Below, piece by piece: positions 63,327-64,000 of a stretch of 64,000 nucleotides of DNA. Position 1 is the first letter of the stretch, and each line of letters opens with the position of its first letter. The notes beneath the pieces are model-generated. The model did not search any database. It was not told where the DNA came from and saw nothing but the letters and a program-made list of their open reading frames with translations. Position numbers and translations under genes: made by a program. Origin of the DNA: Lophium mytilinum (lineage: Eukaryota); NCBI GenBank assembly GCA_010093605.1, contig MU004189.1:1929834-1993833 (forward strand). The letters run 5' to 3'.

Positions 63327-63637
63327 TCTATATAGCCTTTCTATTTTAAATTAGAGGCTATTTATAAAGTAAGGCTTAAGTATTAGTGCGGGCAAAATAT
63401 AAAAATATATCTTAATATTTTATAGCTTAAGTATTAGTAGTAAGAATCTTAATCTAATATTTTAAGGCTTAAGTATTAGTAGTAAGAATCTTATTTTAAG
63501 GCTTAAGTATTAGCGCAGGGTAAATTTCCTCTATGCTAATACTTAAGCCTTAAAATATTAAAATAAGATTCTTACTACTAATACTTAAGCCTTAGGTTAG
63601 ATTATATATAGAGTATAAAATAGAAAGGCTATATAGA
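63327..63637. repeat. Fold-back (nested inverted/direct repeat) structure
   Basis: Outer 22-bp inverted pair TCTATATAGCCTTTCTATTTTA (63327) / TAAAATAGAAAGGCTATATAGA (63616); the unit (AAG)GCTTAAGTATTAG occurs four times forward (63371, 63422, 63464, 63498) and twice inverted (63536, 63578). Confidence 0.8.
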
Positions 63638-64000
63638 AATATAATCTATTACTTTATTATATCTTAGTAAATATAAGTCTAAATTATATAAATAGATAGC
63701 TAAATTACGCATCTAGATATATATATTTACATCCGCGTACTAGATATATAGAAATATTAATTAGTAGTAATAATCTTTTAAAGTTATAGTTATAGTTTCT
63801 AAATGCATAGTTAAATAGGCTTAATTCTCTACTTCTTTCTTCTAGTATAACTAGCCCTAGGCTTTAGAGCCTACTTAAACGCTACTATATCTTCTATAGT
63901 ATTAATCTAAGTATAGTACTTACTTTTAACTCTATATATACTATATTTACTATCTAGATTATTATTAGTATAGAAATTAATATTATACTAATAATAGCCC

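Larger units (their letters stand above)
53360..64000. repeat. AT-rich, RIP-saturated repeat block
   Basis: Abrupt GC drop at about 53.36 kb; TpA/TAG/TAA dominate and CpA/TpG are nearly absent; the supplied ORF track lists no ORF after 53365. Confidence 0.95.

Overview
Filamentous ascomycete genomic DNA (Dothideomycete-like gene structures with short GT-AG introns and CTRAC branch points) in three zones. (1) About 2-40 kb is a dense block of conserved genes: a signal peptide-FKBP-STIMATE/DUF3661 fusion, a ~2000-aa PAS-PAS hybrid histidine kinase, SYP1, a Csk1/Cak1-like kinase, HYM1/Mo25, a Zn2Cys6 transcription factor, MRPL19, RPN12, SLD2, LPD1, SGD1, SRP14, a DOPA 4,5-dioxygenase homologue and Asn-tRNA synthetase. 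(2) About 40-53 kb holds accessory catabolic genes: two Dal5-type MFS transporters, an MDR oxidoreductase, an intronless bacterial-like YycE/VOC protein, an M20 amidohydrolase, a hypothetical protein and a secreted CE1 esterase. (3) From about 53.4 kb the DNA is AT-rich and heavily RIP-mutated; it contains a complete 7.7-kb Ty3/Gypsy element (222-bp LTRs, CTATA target duplication) nested in older RIPed DNA. The most notable observations are a 255-bp non-autonomous DNA transposon with CAC...GTG termini, a 5-bp target duplication and asymmetric bipartite TIRs (Transib/RSS-like), the lumenal FKBP fused to a STIMATE-family membrane protein, and the bacterial-like VOC gene. Gene names come from motif recognition only and exon boundaries were read by eye; no database search was run.
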